64,000 nt of DNA from an uncultured Spirochaetota bacterium (GTDB lineage: Bacteria > Spirochaetota > Spirochaetia > SZUA-6 > Fen-1364). Below, one piece after another: positions 30,241 through 40,838 of this stretch (positions are counted from its first letter, which is position 1; each line of letters begins with the position of its first letter). Location: assembly GCA_963820525.1 (NCBI GenBank), contig CAWGAA010000001.1:256001-320000 (forward strand), read 5' to 3'. A model generated the notes under the pieces. It was given only the letters and a program-made list of their open reading frames with translations, made no database searches and was not told where the DNA came from. A program made the position numbers and the translations under genes.

Positions 30241-30789
30241 TCAATCCCCTCCGGTATACGTCTTTCCCGCCAGCTCGTAGAGCCGCTTGATCACTTTCGT
30301 GGTGATGTCGATTTCGGGAATGTTGGCCAGGATCAGGTCCGCATAGGCGCCGTCGCTCCTCAGGACCAGGGCGTAGCCGTCTCTCTCCGCGACGTAATGG
30401 ACCGCGTCAAGGATCTCCTTGACTATCGAGGTGGAGAGGATCTTGTCCGCCTGTCTCTTATAGGCTTCCTTCTTGATGCGCTGATAATCGTCGAGGTATG
30501 CCTTCTTGTCGTTGATCTTCTTTTCCAGCTGGAGGGAAGCGTCCTTGTTTCCGGCCTTGTCCGCGTCGAGCTTCTGGTTCTCGAGGTCGCTTATGTCGCG
30601 GTTCACGGACTGCACCTCTTTCTGGTACGCCACCCTGAAATCCTCAAGCTCCCGAACGGCCTGCGATTCCTTGTAGGAGGTTGTGAGGACCTGGGTCCAG
30701 TTGCATACCGCCACCATGGTCACCTGCTGGCCCCAGAGCGGCAGCCCAAGGACGGCGGCAAAGGCGATACAGACAATCGCGCTCTTCAT
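30241..30789 (-). CDS. skp: OmpH/Skp periplasmic chaperone
   Basis: Signal peptide, coiled coil, VAERDGYALVL...DITTKVI; directly after bamA. Confidence 0.85.
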   Translation of the reverse strand: MKSAIVCIAFAAVLGLPLWGQQVTMVAVCNWTQVLTTSYKESQAVRELEDFRVAYQKEVQSVNRDISDLENQKLDADKAGNKDASLQLEKKINDKKAYLDDYQRIKKEAYKRQADKILSTSIVKEILDAVHYVAERDGYALVLRSDGAYADLILANIPEIDITTKVIKRLYELAGKTYTGGD

Positions 30790-30798
30790 TCGGGCCCC

Positions 30799-33339
30799 CT
30801 AGAATACGTCCCCGCCGAGGGAGATGATGAAATCGAAGTTCCAGAAGCTCGAGGGATCTCCGAGGAGTCCGGCCTTATAGACCACCTGCCCGTTCTGGAT
30901 CTGGAACTTCTTGCCCAGATACAGCCTGATGGGGAACTGGGGCAGCGTGAAGCGCAGCCCGAACCCGTAGGAGAAATAGAACTGGTTGATGTTGGCGTTC
31001 ACGAGGTCCGCCGGGGTCTGCCACAGCCCGACTACATCGAAGAAGCCCGTGAGCCAGAGCAGCTCCTTGGAGATCGGCATACGCAGCTCCACCTTGTTGT
31101 CCCAAAGCGCTTTGCCGTACATCAGGCTCCAACCCCGGCCTATCGTCATGCCGTCGATGTAGAGCAGGTCCGTGGAATCCGTTACCGGCAGCGTCCATTG
31201 CCAGATCGCGTTTGTAGTGCCCGGCGCGGCCACGTACGCGAACTGAGGCAGGAGCAGCGAGAATCCCGAGTGCGCGGCCAGGACGAACATGAGGCTCCAG
31301 TCCTCGGCAACGGGAACATTGAGGAGCGTGAGGAAGCCTTCGACGAAGGAATCGGTGCGGTTGTAATGCCGGCTGCCGAAGAGCACACCGCCGGTGTAGG
31401 CGAAGGATTGGCTTATCTGGTAGCCCGTGGTGGGAGAGAGCGGGTTGTCCCGCCCGTCCAGGTACACGGTGGCCGAAAGCTGGTCGATGATGTTCCACGT
31501 ATTGAGGTTGTTTCGGACGGTCACGTCGTAGGGACGGTAGAGAGTCGGATCGTAGGTGAGGTAGCGCAGCCGGGTGCTCAGCCCGCCCCGCACGCCGAAG
31601 TACCCGAATATGGGCACCTGCCACCGGTAGCCCGAGTTGAGCCCGAGGCCGATGTCCCAGGAATCGTAGCTCATGAGGTACTGCTTTGGGATGGTCTGCC
31701 CCCGCTGGATCATGGAGAGGTAGTCCGCCTGGTTGGTGAATGGATCGGGGGCCGCGATTGCGGACTGGTCGTCCGTGAAGAATGGGGGAAGGATGTCTTG
31801 CAGCACGTTCTGCATTGTCGAGTGGACAAAGGACAGAGAAATCCCCGCGGACCAGCGCGCGCCGAACATCCACGGTTCCAGGTAGCTCAAGGCGACGGTC
31901 TGCTTGATCGGCGATGCCTCGAGGTCGATGCCGATGGTCTGGCCGGTGCCCATGAAGTTCTTTTCATTCCACTTGACGTTGCCCGAGATCGGGAAGTCCT
32001 GCCCGGAGAAGATGACGCCGAACTGGATGTCCGCGGTGCTCTGCTCCTCGAGGTTGAACACGATGTTCATGAGCCCTTCGGCCGAGCCGATGGGCGTTTC
32101 GGGCTGTATCGAGCTGAAGAACTGAAGGTAGTAGAGGTTTCTGAGGCCTTCGATGATCTTCGTCCGATTGAAGATGTCCCCCTCTTCGAAGGGAAGCTCC
32201 CTGCGCAGGACGAACTCCTTGGTCCGCGTGTTTCCCTTGAAGATGATGTTCTCGATGTGGGCCTTGTCCCTTTCCACGATGTTGAGGGTGTAGGTTATCG
32301 TCTTCTTCGCGTCGTCTCGCGCCTCCTTCAGATCGAAGGAGTTGAAGATGTAGCCGTTTTCGTAGTAGAGATCCGTGATCCGCTGGATGTCCTTCTGCAG
32401 CTTCTGGAGGCTCAGGACCTTCTGCGGCTTCTGATAGATCAGGTCCGAAAGCCGCGCGGTTATGAACACCGAGTTTCCGGAGAGGTTCAAGCCGCCGAAG
32501 GTCCACTGATCCCCCTCGTTGACGTAGACCGTGAGGACCAGCTGGTTCTTGCCCTGCTGGCTCTGGACCTGCCTGTCCACCCGCTCGATCTTCGAGTCGA
32601 TGTACCCATGGTCGGTGTAGTAATCGATGATCGCCTTCTTGTCCTCCTCGAGCTTCGATTCCTGGAACACGCCGGTATCGAAGAGGAAGGGGGGCTTGGT
32701 CTTCATGAGATTTCTCAAGCTGCTCTCCGAGGCGAAGGCGTTGCCCGAGAACCGGACCTCTTTTACGGTTGTCTGCGACCCTTCGGAGATCTCGAAGGTG
32801 ACAACGGCGGTATTGTCCTTTTCATCCGTCGTGATTGTGCCGGTGACGGTTGCTTCCGTATACCCCTTGTCCAGGTAGAGGGCGCGGATGGCCGTCTCAT
32901 CCGTCTTCACCTTGGCCTGGCTCACCAGATCGCCCTTCTTGATCACGATCTTGTCCATGATGTCCGGGGTTCTCACCTCCCTGTTGCCCGAGAGGACTAT
33001 GGAGCTCACCGAGGGCCTCTCCTTGACGACGAAATTGACGATGACGGCGGTTTTCGCCTCGTCCGTGGGCTTCGCGTCCCCCTCGATGGTCTCGAAGTAA
33101 TCGAGAGCGAAGAGCTTGCCCTGGATCTCCCAGAAAAGATCGATGGAGAAATTGCGGCCGATATACGGCTTCACGATCGTCTGCAGGTCCTTTGCGGCCA
33201 CCGTAGCCAGGCCGGTGAAGGTGATATCGTTGATCGGCTTGCCGATGTACCACTCCTCCTGGCTCTGGGCGAAGAGGCTGCCCGGCAGGGATATCAGGAG
33301 GAACATGGCGAAAGCCGCGGTCGTGACACGTCTCATCAT
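30799..33339 (-). CDS. bamA: Outer membrane protein assembly factor BamA
   Basis: POTRA repeats (GNTRTKEFVLRREL), EKNFMGTGQ, barrel ending in a terminal Phe. Confidence 0.93.
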   Translation of the reverse strand: MMRRVTTAAFAMFLLISLPGSLFAQSQEEWYIGKPINDITFTGLATVAAKDLQTIVKPYIGRNFSIDLFWEIQGKLFALDYFETIEGDAKPTDEAKTAVIVNFVVKERPSVSSIVLSGNREVRTPDIMDKIVIKKGDLVSQAKVKTDETAIRALYLDKGYTEATVTGTITTDEKDNTAVVTFEISEGSQTTVKEVRFSGNAFASESSLRNLMKTKPPFLFDTGVFQESKLEEDKKAIIDYYTDHGYIDSKIERVDRQVQSQQGKNQLVLTVYVNEGDQWTFGGLNLSGNSVFITARLSDLIYQKPQKVLSLQKLQKDIQRITDLYYENGYIFNSFDLKEARDDAKKTITYTLNIVERDKAHIENIIFKGNTRTKEFVLRRELPFEEGDIFNRTKIIEGLRNLYYLQFFSSIQPETPIGSAEGLMNIVFNLEEQSTADIQFGVIFSGQDFPISGNVKWNEKNFMGTGQTIGIDLEASPIKQTVALSYLEPWMFGARWSAGISLSFVHSTMQNVLQDILPPFFTDDQSAIAAPDPFTNQADYLSMIQRGQTIPKQYLMSYDSWDIGLGLNSGYRWQVPIFGYFGVRGGLSTRLRYLTYDPTLYRPYDVTVRNNLNTWNIIDQLSATVYLDGRDNPLSPTTGYQISQSFAYTGGVLFGSRHYNRTDSFVEGFLTLLNVPVAEDWSLMFVLAAHSGFSLLLPQFAYVAAPGTTNAIWQWTLPVTDSTDLLYIDGMTIGRGWSLMYGKALWDNKVELRMPISKELLWLTGFFDVVGLWQTPADLVNANINQFYFSYGFGLRFTLPQFPIRLYLGKKFQIQNGQVVYKAGLLGDPSSFWNFDFIISLGGDVF

Positions 33340-33371
33340 TCAAGCTCCTTGCTCGCCTCGGGAAGGGCGTT

Positions 33372-36300
33372 TCAGTACGAAAATCTCCAGCGTATGGAGA
33401 TCGAGTTGTCGGGAATGAAGAGGCTCTGCGGTGTCTGAGGGGTCAGGGTCCAGTCAAGAAGGAACAGAGGCGTGGCCCATTCGAGGTTGAACTCCACCTC
33501 GCTCTTCAGTCCGGCAACGGAGCTGCCGACGCCGGGGTAGGTGGCCTGTGACTGCAGCCTCATGAGCATCTCCACGAACAAGTCATTTCCCAGATACCAT
33601 CCAAGAGATAGGCTGGTATTGTCAAGAGGATTGATCGCCGTGCCGAAAAGCTTCTGCGCAATGAGGTTCTGGATCAGCTGGGTGCGCAGGGAAAAGGTGT
33701 CCAGCCCCAGGAGCTCCCGCATCTTCTGCTCGAAGGGCCGCAGGATCGCGAACTGGATGGGGATATCGCTTCCCAGGAGCACGGCGGAGACGCCGAGTCC
33801 CTGAGTCTCCGCCCGGGTGACGATGGGCGCACCGATCATCGCCATGATATCGACGTCCAGCCGGGAGGGGTCCGAGGAGAATCGGGGCGAGAACTTGGAC
33901 AGCTTGTTGTCGGCGTCGAGAAAGATCTTCACCTCTTCATTGGTCTTGGCATCCCACTCCCGGATCTCGCCGTGCACGGTGATCCGGGGGTCGAAATCGG
34001 TCTGGTTCTCATCGAAGACGATCCGCCCGCTCTTCAGCACGAAACTCCTGTCGAAGTAGTAGACCTCGCCGCCCTGGATCTCGGTGGTCCCCTTCACCGT
34101 GTAGGCTCCCGAGTCTCCCCGGTAGGTGATGGCCAGAGAGTTTCCCGTTTTGGCCACGGTCCGCACAACGGGAACTTCCATTGAAGGCCAGTTGAACTCC
34201 ACCCTCTTTCCCAGCTCAACCCCCAGGGTCAGGAAGGTGGGGGGGTCTTCGGGAACGAATTTTCCCGAAGCCGCCGGGCCCAGAGTGATGCGGCAGTCTG
34301 AGGCGACCATCGAGCCGTTCACCTCGGTGCGTTCCTCGTTGCCGGAGATCTTGATCCGTCCGGAAGCCAGCCCATCCGCGCGCACGGATCCGAATTTCCC
34401 TGTCAGTCGCGCAGAGGTCTGATCCTCCGTGGCGATCTCCACGGTGAAGGAGTTTGGCACCCAGTGGTCAATGGTGAAAGATCCGGAGGCGCTCAGGCGG
34501 GCCGCCCCCGCGGAGGCGAAGACGGTCGGGAAGGAGAAGGTCTTTCCGGTGAAGGAGAGCCGGGTGCTCATTGGCCCCGCCGTGTCCTTGGCGAAGAAAC
34601 AGGAGATGCCGGCATCCGTGACAATAAGGGAGCCGGTGTAATCGGGGTCATTGAGAGGGCCCGCCAGCGCGAGCTCTCCCGAGGCCGTTCCCGAGGCGAA
34701 GGAGACGATCGGGTTCTTGAGGATCGGGTTCAGCACGCGAAGGTCCACGGCGGACATCGACAGCTTCGTGTCGATGCGGTCCCGGATTATTCTTCCCTCG
34801 GCGCTGCCGATCAGGGGAAGCGGCGCCTGAAGCTCCAGCGTAAAAGCCTTGTTCGAGGTGAATGTCCCGTGAATGGAGTTGCCGGGCCCCCCGTCGAAGC
34901 GGAGGATTCCTCCCTCAGTGCGGACATCCATGCCCCAGGAGGGAAAGGCGGTGCCGTTCACCATGATGTCGGACAGGGTCAGCCGGCCGCGCACGGCGCC
35001 CTCGAAGAAGTGCGACGTGAAGCTGTCCCAGCTCGCCGCCTGAACCTGGCCGTCGAGATGGGCCACCGTCTCCACCTTGTCCCCGAAGAATCCTCCCTGG
35101 AAACGAGTCGTGAAGGAGTAGGCGCCCTTGCCGAGCTCGAGGGAGCCCGTGGATTCATTGATCCTGTGGGAGAGGTAGCTCACCGAAAGGTTCTTCACCT
35201 CGAGGCGGTCTCCCGCCAGCCCCAGGGCGGCGCTCATACCGATGGGATCCGTGCCCAGTCTTCCGTTCAACAGCGTCACCGTCAGGTCCGCGGCTGGATT
35301 GGTCACCAGGCCGACCACGCGCGCGCTGCCCGTGAGCTCTCCCGCCAGGGCGAACGAGCCGACGCGCTTGAGAGGCACCCCCTTGAACTCTGCCTGCACG
35401 CTCAAGGATCCCTTCTTGACTCCCCCCCGGACGGCATAGGTTTCCGAGCTGCCCTTCCCCTTGAGATCGACCGTCACCTGCGCGTCGAGGTTGTCGAGGA
35501 AGCGCGGGTCGAAGGGATCGGCTTCGACCTGATAGGTGGCCTTCCCGCTCCCTTCCAGGACGGAAAGCTCGTCCGTGAAGCGCACCCCCGGCACGCTGAG
35601 CGTTCCCGGCATCAGCACGAAAGACATCTCCGTGGTGTTGAGCCGTGACTGCAGGAGCGGCAGGTCAAATACGGCGAGCGATGGGCACGTCACCCACCAG
35701 GGGCCGTTGGCGGGGAATCTTCCCTCCAGGCCGAAGGAAATCTTTCGAAAGCCGCCCCCGAGCGGAAGTGGAAAGCGATCCGCCTTGGCAAGAAGGGTGT
35801 AAACCTTGTCCATATCGGGCGTGAGCTCGACCTCCAGGCCGTAGGAGCCCGTCACTTTCAACCCCGCAAGGGCCGAATATGTTCCCGCAAAGGAGTACGG
35901 AGTATCCCTGAACGTGATGCCCGAGGAGAAGGCGATTTTATCACGGGAGCTGAACTGCCCCGACAGGTCCCCTTTTACAGTATAGCCGCGCCAGGTCCCC
36001 GAGAATCCGGAAACGGAGAAGCCCCCGCGATCAAGCGTGAAAGCGAAATCCAGCCGCGTTCCTGGATCGTCCCATTTGGACAGCCGGACCGATGTTCCGG
36101 AGATGATGTAGTCCGAAAAATCCGTGGTCAGGGAGAAGCGTGTCGTGAGGGCGAACTGCGAGAGGAAGCCTTCGATATTGCGCTGCTCCCGTGACCCCGT
36201 CGAGCCGGCAACGATCTGCAACAGCTTGTCGGGAGGGACATCGGCAAGGTCCGCGGAAAGGGAGAGGCGCGGATGCTCGCCGATATCGACCAGACCGTCC

Positions 36301-37664
36301 GCCTGCAGGCTGTGCCTGTGGCTTTCCTGGGCGAAGGACAAAGCGAGATGGAACCGGTCGCCGTCCTTGCCGGGCGCCAGAGTGAGATCGAAGACATCGA
36401 AGGGAACGTCGCCGACGCTCATCTCCCTGCCCGTGATCTGAAGAGACCCGCCGCTTCTCTGCAGTGAAATGAGCGCGCTTACACGCTCCCCCCGATACAC
36501 GTCAAGGTCCGACAGGGCAAGCGTTCCCTGCGGGAGGAAGCTGTCGAGCAGGACGTCTCCGGTGAACTCGGCGTTGCCGGTCGCCGAGGTGAGGCGCAGC
36601 TGCTGCAGGGCGATCCTCTTTTGCGTGCCCGCGAAAGCGCCCGCGACACGCACGTCGCGCACCGGAAGCTGGTCCGGGAAGAAGGCGTCCAGGTCTCCGC
36701 TGTACGAGAGGTTCTTGGCCGCCAGATCGTAGGTCACCTTCCCGGAGGCGGTGATGGAGGCGGAGAGCCATTTATTGTATTTGGACAGCCAACCGGAAAG
36801 CCGCAGAAGCTTGTCGGGCTGGAAGCCCTCGCTCTGGAAATTGAGGGTATAGACATTGCTCGCCAGGTCCGCCAGGAAGTGCATATCGAAGGGGGAATGG
36901 TCCCATATTTTCCTTGCTTCGATGGTGTTGTTCTTCCAGACGAGCTGGAAGGTCTGGCCGCCCGTGCTGAGCAGGGAAGAGGAGAAGGAAACGACCTTGA
37001 AGGTCAGGTCCGACCAGTCGAGGAGGCGTCCGATCTTCCCCTGGACCTTGAGGGAAGAGGTGAAACCGAAATCGGTTCCCACCGAGCCGTTCGCCCCGCC
37101 GCGGAAGCTCACGGCGAGGGCGTCCGATCTGCTGTCGATCGTGAAGAAGAGGTTCGCGAGCGATACGCTGGCGCCGTCCATCGTGACGTTGAAGCTCACG
37201 TTGGCTCCCGAGAAGCGCACCCGCAGCCTGTCCTCTCCCTCGCGCGACGTCAGCAGGTTTTCCAATAGCCGTGTAATGTCCGAGTCCCTGCGGACGTCGA
37301 TGTCGAACACCGAGTTCTCGATGCTGATTTCCCGCATGGACCCCACGGGGTCTCGGTGCAGAAGGAGCTGCAGGAGGCTGTAGGAGATGCGCATCTTTCG
37401 GATCGTGAGAAGCACCGAGTCGGGATTCGTCGAGTCGTAGATGGAAAGATTTCGGATCTCCATGTACCTGAGCACCGATGGGGAGATGCTCTGATAGCTG
37501 ATCTTCCGCCCGACGGCCTTTTCCAGAAGAGCGACGGTTTGCTCTTTCAGCTCCGCCATGCGTTGGGAGAGAGCCCTGTCGAGGACTGCGACGAGCGCTG
37601 CCGTGGCTGCAATGAGGAAAATCGCCGCGAGGACCGCCGAGGCGACGGAAAGAGATTTCTTCAA
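33372..37664 (-). CDS. tamB: Translocation/assembly module TamB (AsmA-like) protein
   Basis: 1430 aa, N-terminal anchor, beta-rich throughout, C-terminal DUF490-like region (FSSDPS); directly upstream of bamA. Confidence 0.8.
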   Translation of the reverse strand: MKKSLSVASAVLAAIFLIAATAALVAVLDRALSQRMAELKEQTVALLEKAVGRKISYQSISPSVLRYMEIRNLSIYDSTNPDSVLLTIRKMRISYSLLQLLLHRDPVGSMREISIENSVFDIDVRRDSDITRLLENLLTSREGEDRLRVRFSGANVSFNVTMDGASVSLANLFFTIDSRSDALAVSFRGGANGSVGTDFGFTSSLKVQGKIGRLLDWSDLTFKVVSFSSSLLSTGGQTFQLVWKNNTIEARKIWDHSPFDMHFLADLASNVYTLNFQSEGFQPDKLLRLSGWLSKYNKWLSASITASGKVTYDLAAKNLSYSGDLDAFFPDQLPVRDVRVAGAFAGTQKRIALQQLRLTSATGNAEFTGDVLLDSFLPQGTLALSDLDVYRGERVSALISLQRSGGSLQITGREMSVGDVPFDVFDLTLAPGKDGDRFHLALSFAQESHRHSLQADGLVDIGEHPRLSLSADLADVPPDKLLQIVAGSTGSREQRNIEGFLSQFALTTRFSLTTDFSDYIISGTSVRLSKWDDPGTRLDFAFTLDRGGFSVSGFSGTWRGYTVKGDLSGQFSSRDKIAFSSGITFRDTPYSFAGTYSALAGLKVTGSYGLEVELTPDMDKVYTLLAKADRFPLPLGGGFRKISFGLEGRFPANGPWWVTCPSLAVFDLPLLQSRLNTTEMSFVLMPGTLSVPGVRFTDELSVLEGSGKATYQVEADPFDPRFLDNLDAQVTVDLKGKGSSETYAVRGGVKKGSLSVQAEFKGVPLKRVGSFALAGELTGSARVVGLVTNPAADLTVTLLNGRLGTDPIGMSAALGLAGDRLEVKNLSVSYLSHRINESTGSLELGKGAYSFTTRFQGGFFGDKVETVAHLDGQVQAASWDSFTSHFFEGAVRGRLTLSDIMVNGTAFPSWGMDVRTEGGILRFDGGPGNSIHGTFTSNKAFTLELQAPLPLIGSAEGRIIRDRIDTKLSMSAVDLRVLNPILKNPIVSFASGTASGELALAGPLNDPDYTGSLIVTDAGISCFFAKDTAGPMSTRLSFTGKTFSFPTVFASAGAARLSASGSFTIDHWVPNSFTVEIATEDQTSARLTGKFGSVRADGLASGRIKISGNEERTEVNGSMVASDCRITLGPAASGKFVPEDPPTFLTLGVELGKRVEFNWPSMEVPVVRTVAKTGNSLAITYRGDSGAYTVKGTTEIQGGEVYYFDRSFVLKSGRIVFDENQTDFDPRITVHGEIREWDAKTNEEVKIFLDADNKLSKFSPRFSSDPSRLDVDIMAMIGAPIVTRAETQGLGVSAVLLGSDIPIQFAILRPFEQKMRELLGLDTFSLRTQLIQNLIAQKLFGTAINPLDNTSLSLGWYLGNDLFVEMLMRLQSQATYPGVGSSVAGLKSEVEFNLEWATPLFLLDWTLTPQTPQSLFIPDNSISIRWRFSY

Positions 37665-38275
37665 TCGAACTTCTCCAAACGAAAGCGGAACCTCACAATC
37701 CCGCTCGAGCTGTTCTTTGCAAAGCCGTAGTCCCGGGCGAATAGGTATCCGCGCAGCGCCGCCTCCACTCCGGCATCAATTTCAGTATACCCGGAACTCC
37801 TGATGATTTCCACCTTTATTACCGTTCCCAGGGGAGAAACCGTAATCCTCGCCTCGCAATCCGTCTCCTGGCCGGAGGCGCTTAAAATGCGGGGAAACTC
37901 GACTGCCTGTCTCTGGAGAATGGCGCGCGACTCTCCTTCCCAGCCGATCTCTGGATCGGCATTCGGAGCTGAGGACTGCTGGGCGGCGGATACGACCTCG
38001 GTCGGAGTCACGGAAACCGGTGCCGGCGCATCCGTTTGGGCCGTGCTGTCAATGGTTTTCATGGCAGGATTCTGAGGTCGGGGCGCGGGAAGCGTTTCAC
38101 TTTTCGATGAGTCAGCCGCCGAGGAGCCGGCCTCAGCGGGCTCGAACTCGAAGTTAAGGCTCTTCATGCCGCTCAGGGCGCCGGAAGAACGGACTGAAAG
38201 CCCAACCGGGATGAGCAGGAAGAGCGAATGGATGAGGAGAGCGGCAAACCAGAAATACCACCTGCGAAGGCGCAT
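37661..38275 (-). CDS. TonB-like energy transducer (TM with His, Pro/Ala linker, TonB_C-like domain)
   Basis: FAALLIHSLFLL TM segment; ITVSPLGTVIKVEIIRSSGYTEIDAGVEAALR resembles TonB_C. Confidence 0.7.
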   Translation of the reverse strand: MRLRRWYFWFAALLIHSLFLLIPVGLSVRSSGALSGMKSLNFEFEPAEAGSSAADSSKSETLPAPRPQNPAMKTIDSTAQTDAPAPVSVTPTEVVSAAQQSSAPNADPEIGWEGESRAILQRQAVEFPRILSASGQETDCEARITVSPLGTVIKVEIIRSSGYTEIDAGVEAALRGYLFARDYGFAKNSSSGIVRFRFRLEKFD

Positions 38276-38568
38276 CAGGGCGAAGGGGCCGCGGGCTCCG
38301 GGATGCCGAGCAGGAATGCGGGGAACTCAACGGTGATGGACTCCTGCCAGTCTCCCGAGGGAGGCGATACGGGGGGAAGCCAGGAACCCGGCTGCAGAGA
38401 GCTCTCCAGGGGGGGCAAATCGAGCTCTTCGGGCACCCAAGGCTCCGGCACCTCCAGGATTGCCTCGTCGCTTCCCAGAACGAGCACTTCCTGGTCTAGG
38501 GAATCATCCGCCGCGGCGGCGATTGCGGCGAAGAGCGCGAAGAGCATGACAAGGCGAAGGGTTTTCAT
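38275..38568 (-). CDS. Small exported acidic, Pro-rich hypothetical protein
   Basis: Signal peptide MKTLRLVMLFALFAAIAAAA; stop overlaps the next start. Confidence 0.6.
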   Translation of the reverse strand: MKTLRLVMLFALFAAIAAAADDSLDQEVLVLGSDEAILEVPEPWVPEELDLPPLESSLQPGSWLPPVSPPSGDWQESITVEFPAFLLGIPEPAAPSP

Positions 38569-38582
38569 TATGCTTTCTGCCC

Positions 38583-39206
38583 GTGGCTCATACTATACAG
38601 GAAAGGTTCGTCGTGCTGGAAGGCCTCGATGGAGCGGGAACCACAACCCAGATGCGGCTTCTCGACGAGCGGCTTCGCGCGGGAGGCACGCCCTTTTGGG
38701 CCACATGGGAGCCGACGGACGGGCCCGTCGGCTCCCTCATCCGCTCCATCCTCGCCCATGAAGTCGCCGCCATGCCCCGAACCATTGCAATGCTGTACGC
38801 AGCGGACAGGAACGAGCACGTCAACCGGCCCGGCGGCATCCTCGCGCGGGCCGCTCGCGGGGAGCTCGTGATTTCCGACCGCTACCTGTTTTCCAGCCTT
38901 GCCTACCAGTCGGTCGAGCTGGGCATCGACTTTGTCGATTCATTGAACTCAGCCTTCCCCCTGCCCCAATGCCTTTTCTTCATCGACACGCCCCTGGAGG
39001 TCTGCCAGAGCCGCCTCTCGCGGCGCGACTCGCGCGAGCTCTTCGACGGACTCGAGTTCCAGGCGCGGGTGCGGGAGGCGTACATGGAGACCATCGAAAG
39101 ATACAGGTCCAGCGGCATGCGGATAGAAGTTCTCGAGGGCGAGAAACCTCCGCGTGAGATCCACGAGCAGCTCTGGAAGGTATTGACGGCGCTGCCGATA
39201 ATGTAA
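38583..39206 (+). CDS. tmk: Thymidylate kinase
   Basis: VLEGLDGAGTTTQ, WEPT, SDRYLFSSLAYQ. Confidence 0.93.
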   Translation: MAHTIQERFVVLEGLDGAGTTTQMRLLDERLRAGGTPFWATWEPTDGPVGSLIRSILAHEVAAMPRTIAMLYAADRNEHVNRPGGILARAARGELVISDRYLFSSLAYQSVELGIDFVDSLNSAFPLPQCLFFIDTPLEVCQSRLSRRDSRELFDGLEFQARVREAYMETIERYRSSGMRIEVLEGEKPPREIHEQLWKVLTALPIM

Positions 39207-39209
39207 GTC

Positions 39210-39809
39210 GTGAAGAAGGCGCTTCTGCTCGCGCTGCTCCTCCTCGTTCCCCTCTCCTCCGCTTCGGGCTGGAGGATCCTGTACAAGGAGCAGTACTACA
39301 AGCTGTACCACGAGCAGCTCCACCACTACCCCGAGGACACCACCGAGAGCATGTATTACCTGGAGCAGGCCGTGAAGGCCGACTTCGCCAACCCGCTCTA
39401 TGCCCTTGCCAGGATAAACAACCCCACGGATTGGGAGCGCTATCGCAACCTTTTCATGATGCACGTGAACCTGAAGCTGGTCTCCCTTACCCTCACCCTG
39501 GGCGCCAAGTTCGACAAGATGGTGGCCTACTTCTACAACGCCCCCTGGAAGGCCCAGAACCTCGACAGCCTGAAGACCGCAGAGAACGTCTACAACTCCG
39601 CGTACGGCTATTGGAACGAGGCGAAGAGCTGGTCCGACAAGGCGTGGTCCCTGCGCGGCGTTCATCTCGAGCAGATCCAGGACTGGGAAGACGAGAACGC
39701 GCGGATCGTCAATGGCGATCTCGACTATGCAGCGGTCATCTCGGAGCAGCTCGCCCGTCTTGCCCGAGTGCGCGACGCCTTCCAGAAAATGGACCAGAGC
39801 ACATACTGA
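39210..39809 (+). CDS. Exported hypothetical protein, predicted helical
   Basis: Signal peptide; codon usage typical of this genome; 3 bp after tmk. Confidence 0.7.
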   Translation: MKKALLLALLLLVPLSSASGWRILYKEQYYKLYHEQLHHYPEDTTESMYYLEQAVKADFANPLYALARINNPTDWERYRNLFMMHVNLKLVSLTLTLGAKFDKMVAYFYNAPWKAQNLDSLKTAENVYNSAYGYWNEAKSWSDKAWSLRGVHLEQIQDWEDENARIVNGDLDYAAVISEQLARLARVRDAFQKMDQSTY

Positions 39810-39821
39810 TCCAGGCCAACC

Positions 39822-40838
39822 CTATCGGATCAACATCGCATCGCCGTAGCTGAAGAACCTGTATCTCCTCTCCACCGCCTCGCGGTAGGCATGCAGGATC
39901 AGCTGCCGATCCGCGAACCCGCAGACGAGCGCCAGCAGGCTGGAGCCCGGCGTGTGGAAATTCGTGAAAAGCCTGCTCACCACCTTGAATCGGAATCCGG
40001 GATAGATATAGATCTTCGTCCTTCCTTCCCCTTCCCGCAGGCCTCCATCCTGCCAGGCGGACTCCAGGGCCCGTACCACCGTTGTGCCCACGGCCAGAAT
40101 GGGTTTGGGCCCGGCCAGCGCCTCTTCGACCAGCCCTTTTGTCCGGTGAGGAATCGAATACGCCTCCTCGTGCATGACGTGATCCTCGATATTCTCCGTC
40201 CTGATGGGAAGGAACGTCCCGAGTCCGACGTGGAGCGTGACGTAGCCGATTGCCGCTCCCGCCGCCTCAAGCGCAGCGAGGAGCCCGGGGGTGAAGTGGA
40301 GCCCAGCCGTGGGAGCGGCCGCGGAGCCCATGACGCGGGCAAAAACCGTCTGGTACATCTCGGCATCCGTGTTCGTGTCCGGCCTTCTGATATAGGGAGG
40401 AAGGGGCACGTGCCCGTGGCGCTCGAGGTACGCCTCGTCAATGGGGGGGTTGAAACGAATCAGATGCACCCCGCCGGGAGCGGGTGAGATCTCGCCGGTG
40501 ACTCCCTCGGGAAACCGGAATGTCTTTGCCGTCTTCAGCCGCCGGGTCCTGCCCGCCAGGGCCTCCCAGACTTCGGCGGATCGCCTTTCCAGCAGGAGGA
40601 ACTCCATCCTGCCTCCACCGGGGCCATCGGCGAAGAGGCGTGCCTTCCTCACGCGCGTGTCGTTGAGCACGACCAGGGTCCCCGGCTCCACCCAGCGGGG
40701 GAGCTGGTCCACATGCGAGTCGCAAAGGCTCGCGGCTGCGCGATCGACGACGAGAAGCCGCGCGCTTTCTCGGTCTTTCAGCGGCTCCTGGGCTATCAGC
40801 TCTTCGGGCAGATCAAAGGAGAATAGGCTGGTCTTCAC
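39822..40838 (-). CDS. queA: S-adenosylmethionine:tRNA ribosyltransferase-isomerase
   Basis: LPEELIAQ, PLPPYI, AAPTAGLHF, TNFHTP, YRFFSYGDAMLI. Confidence 0.96.
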   Translation of the reverse strand: MKTSLFSFDLPEELIAQEPLKDRESARLLVVDRAAASLCDSHVDQLPRWVEPGTLVVLNDTRVRKARLFADGPGGGRMEFLLLERRSAEVWEALAGRTRRLKTAKTFRFPEGVTGEISPAPGGVHLIRFNPPIDEAYLERHGHVPLPPYIRRPDTNTDAEMYQTVFARVMGSAAAPTAGLHFTPGLLAALEAAGAAIGYVTLHVGLGTFLPIRTENIEDHVMHEEAYSIPHRTKGLVEEALAGPKPILAVGTTVVRALESAWQDGGLREGEGRTKIYIYPGFRFKVVSRLFTNFHTPGSSLLALVCGFADRQLILHAYREAVERRYRFFSYGDAMLIR

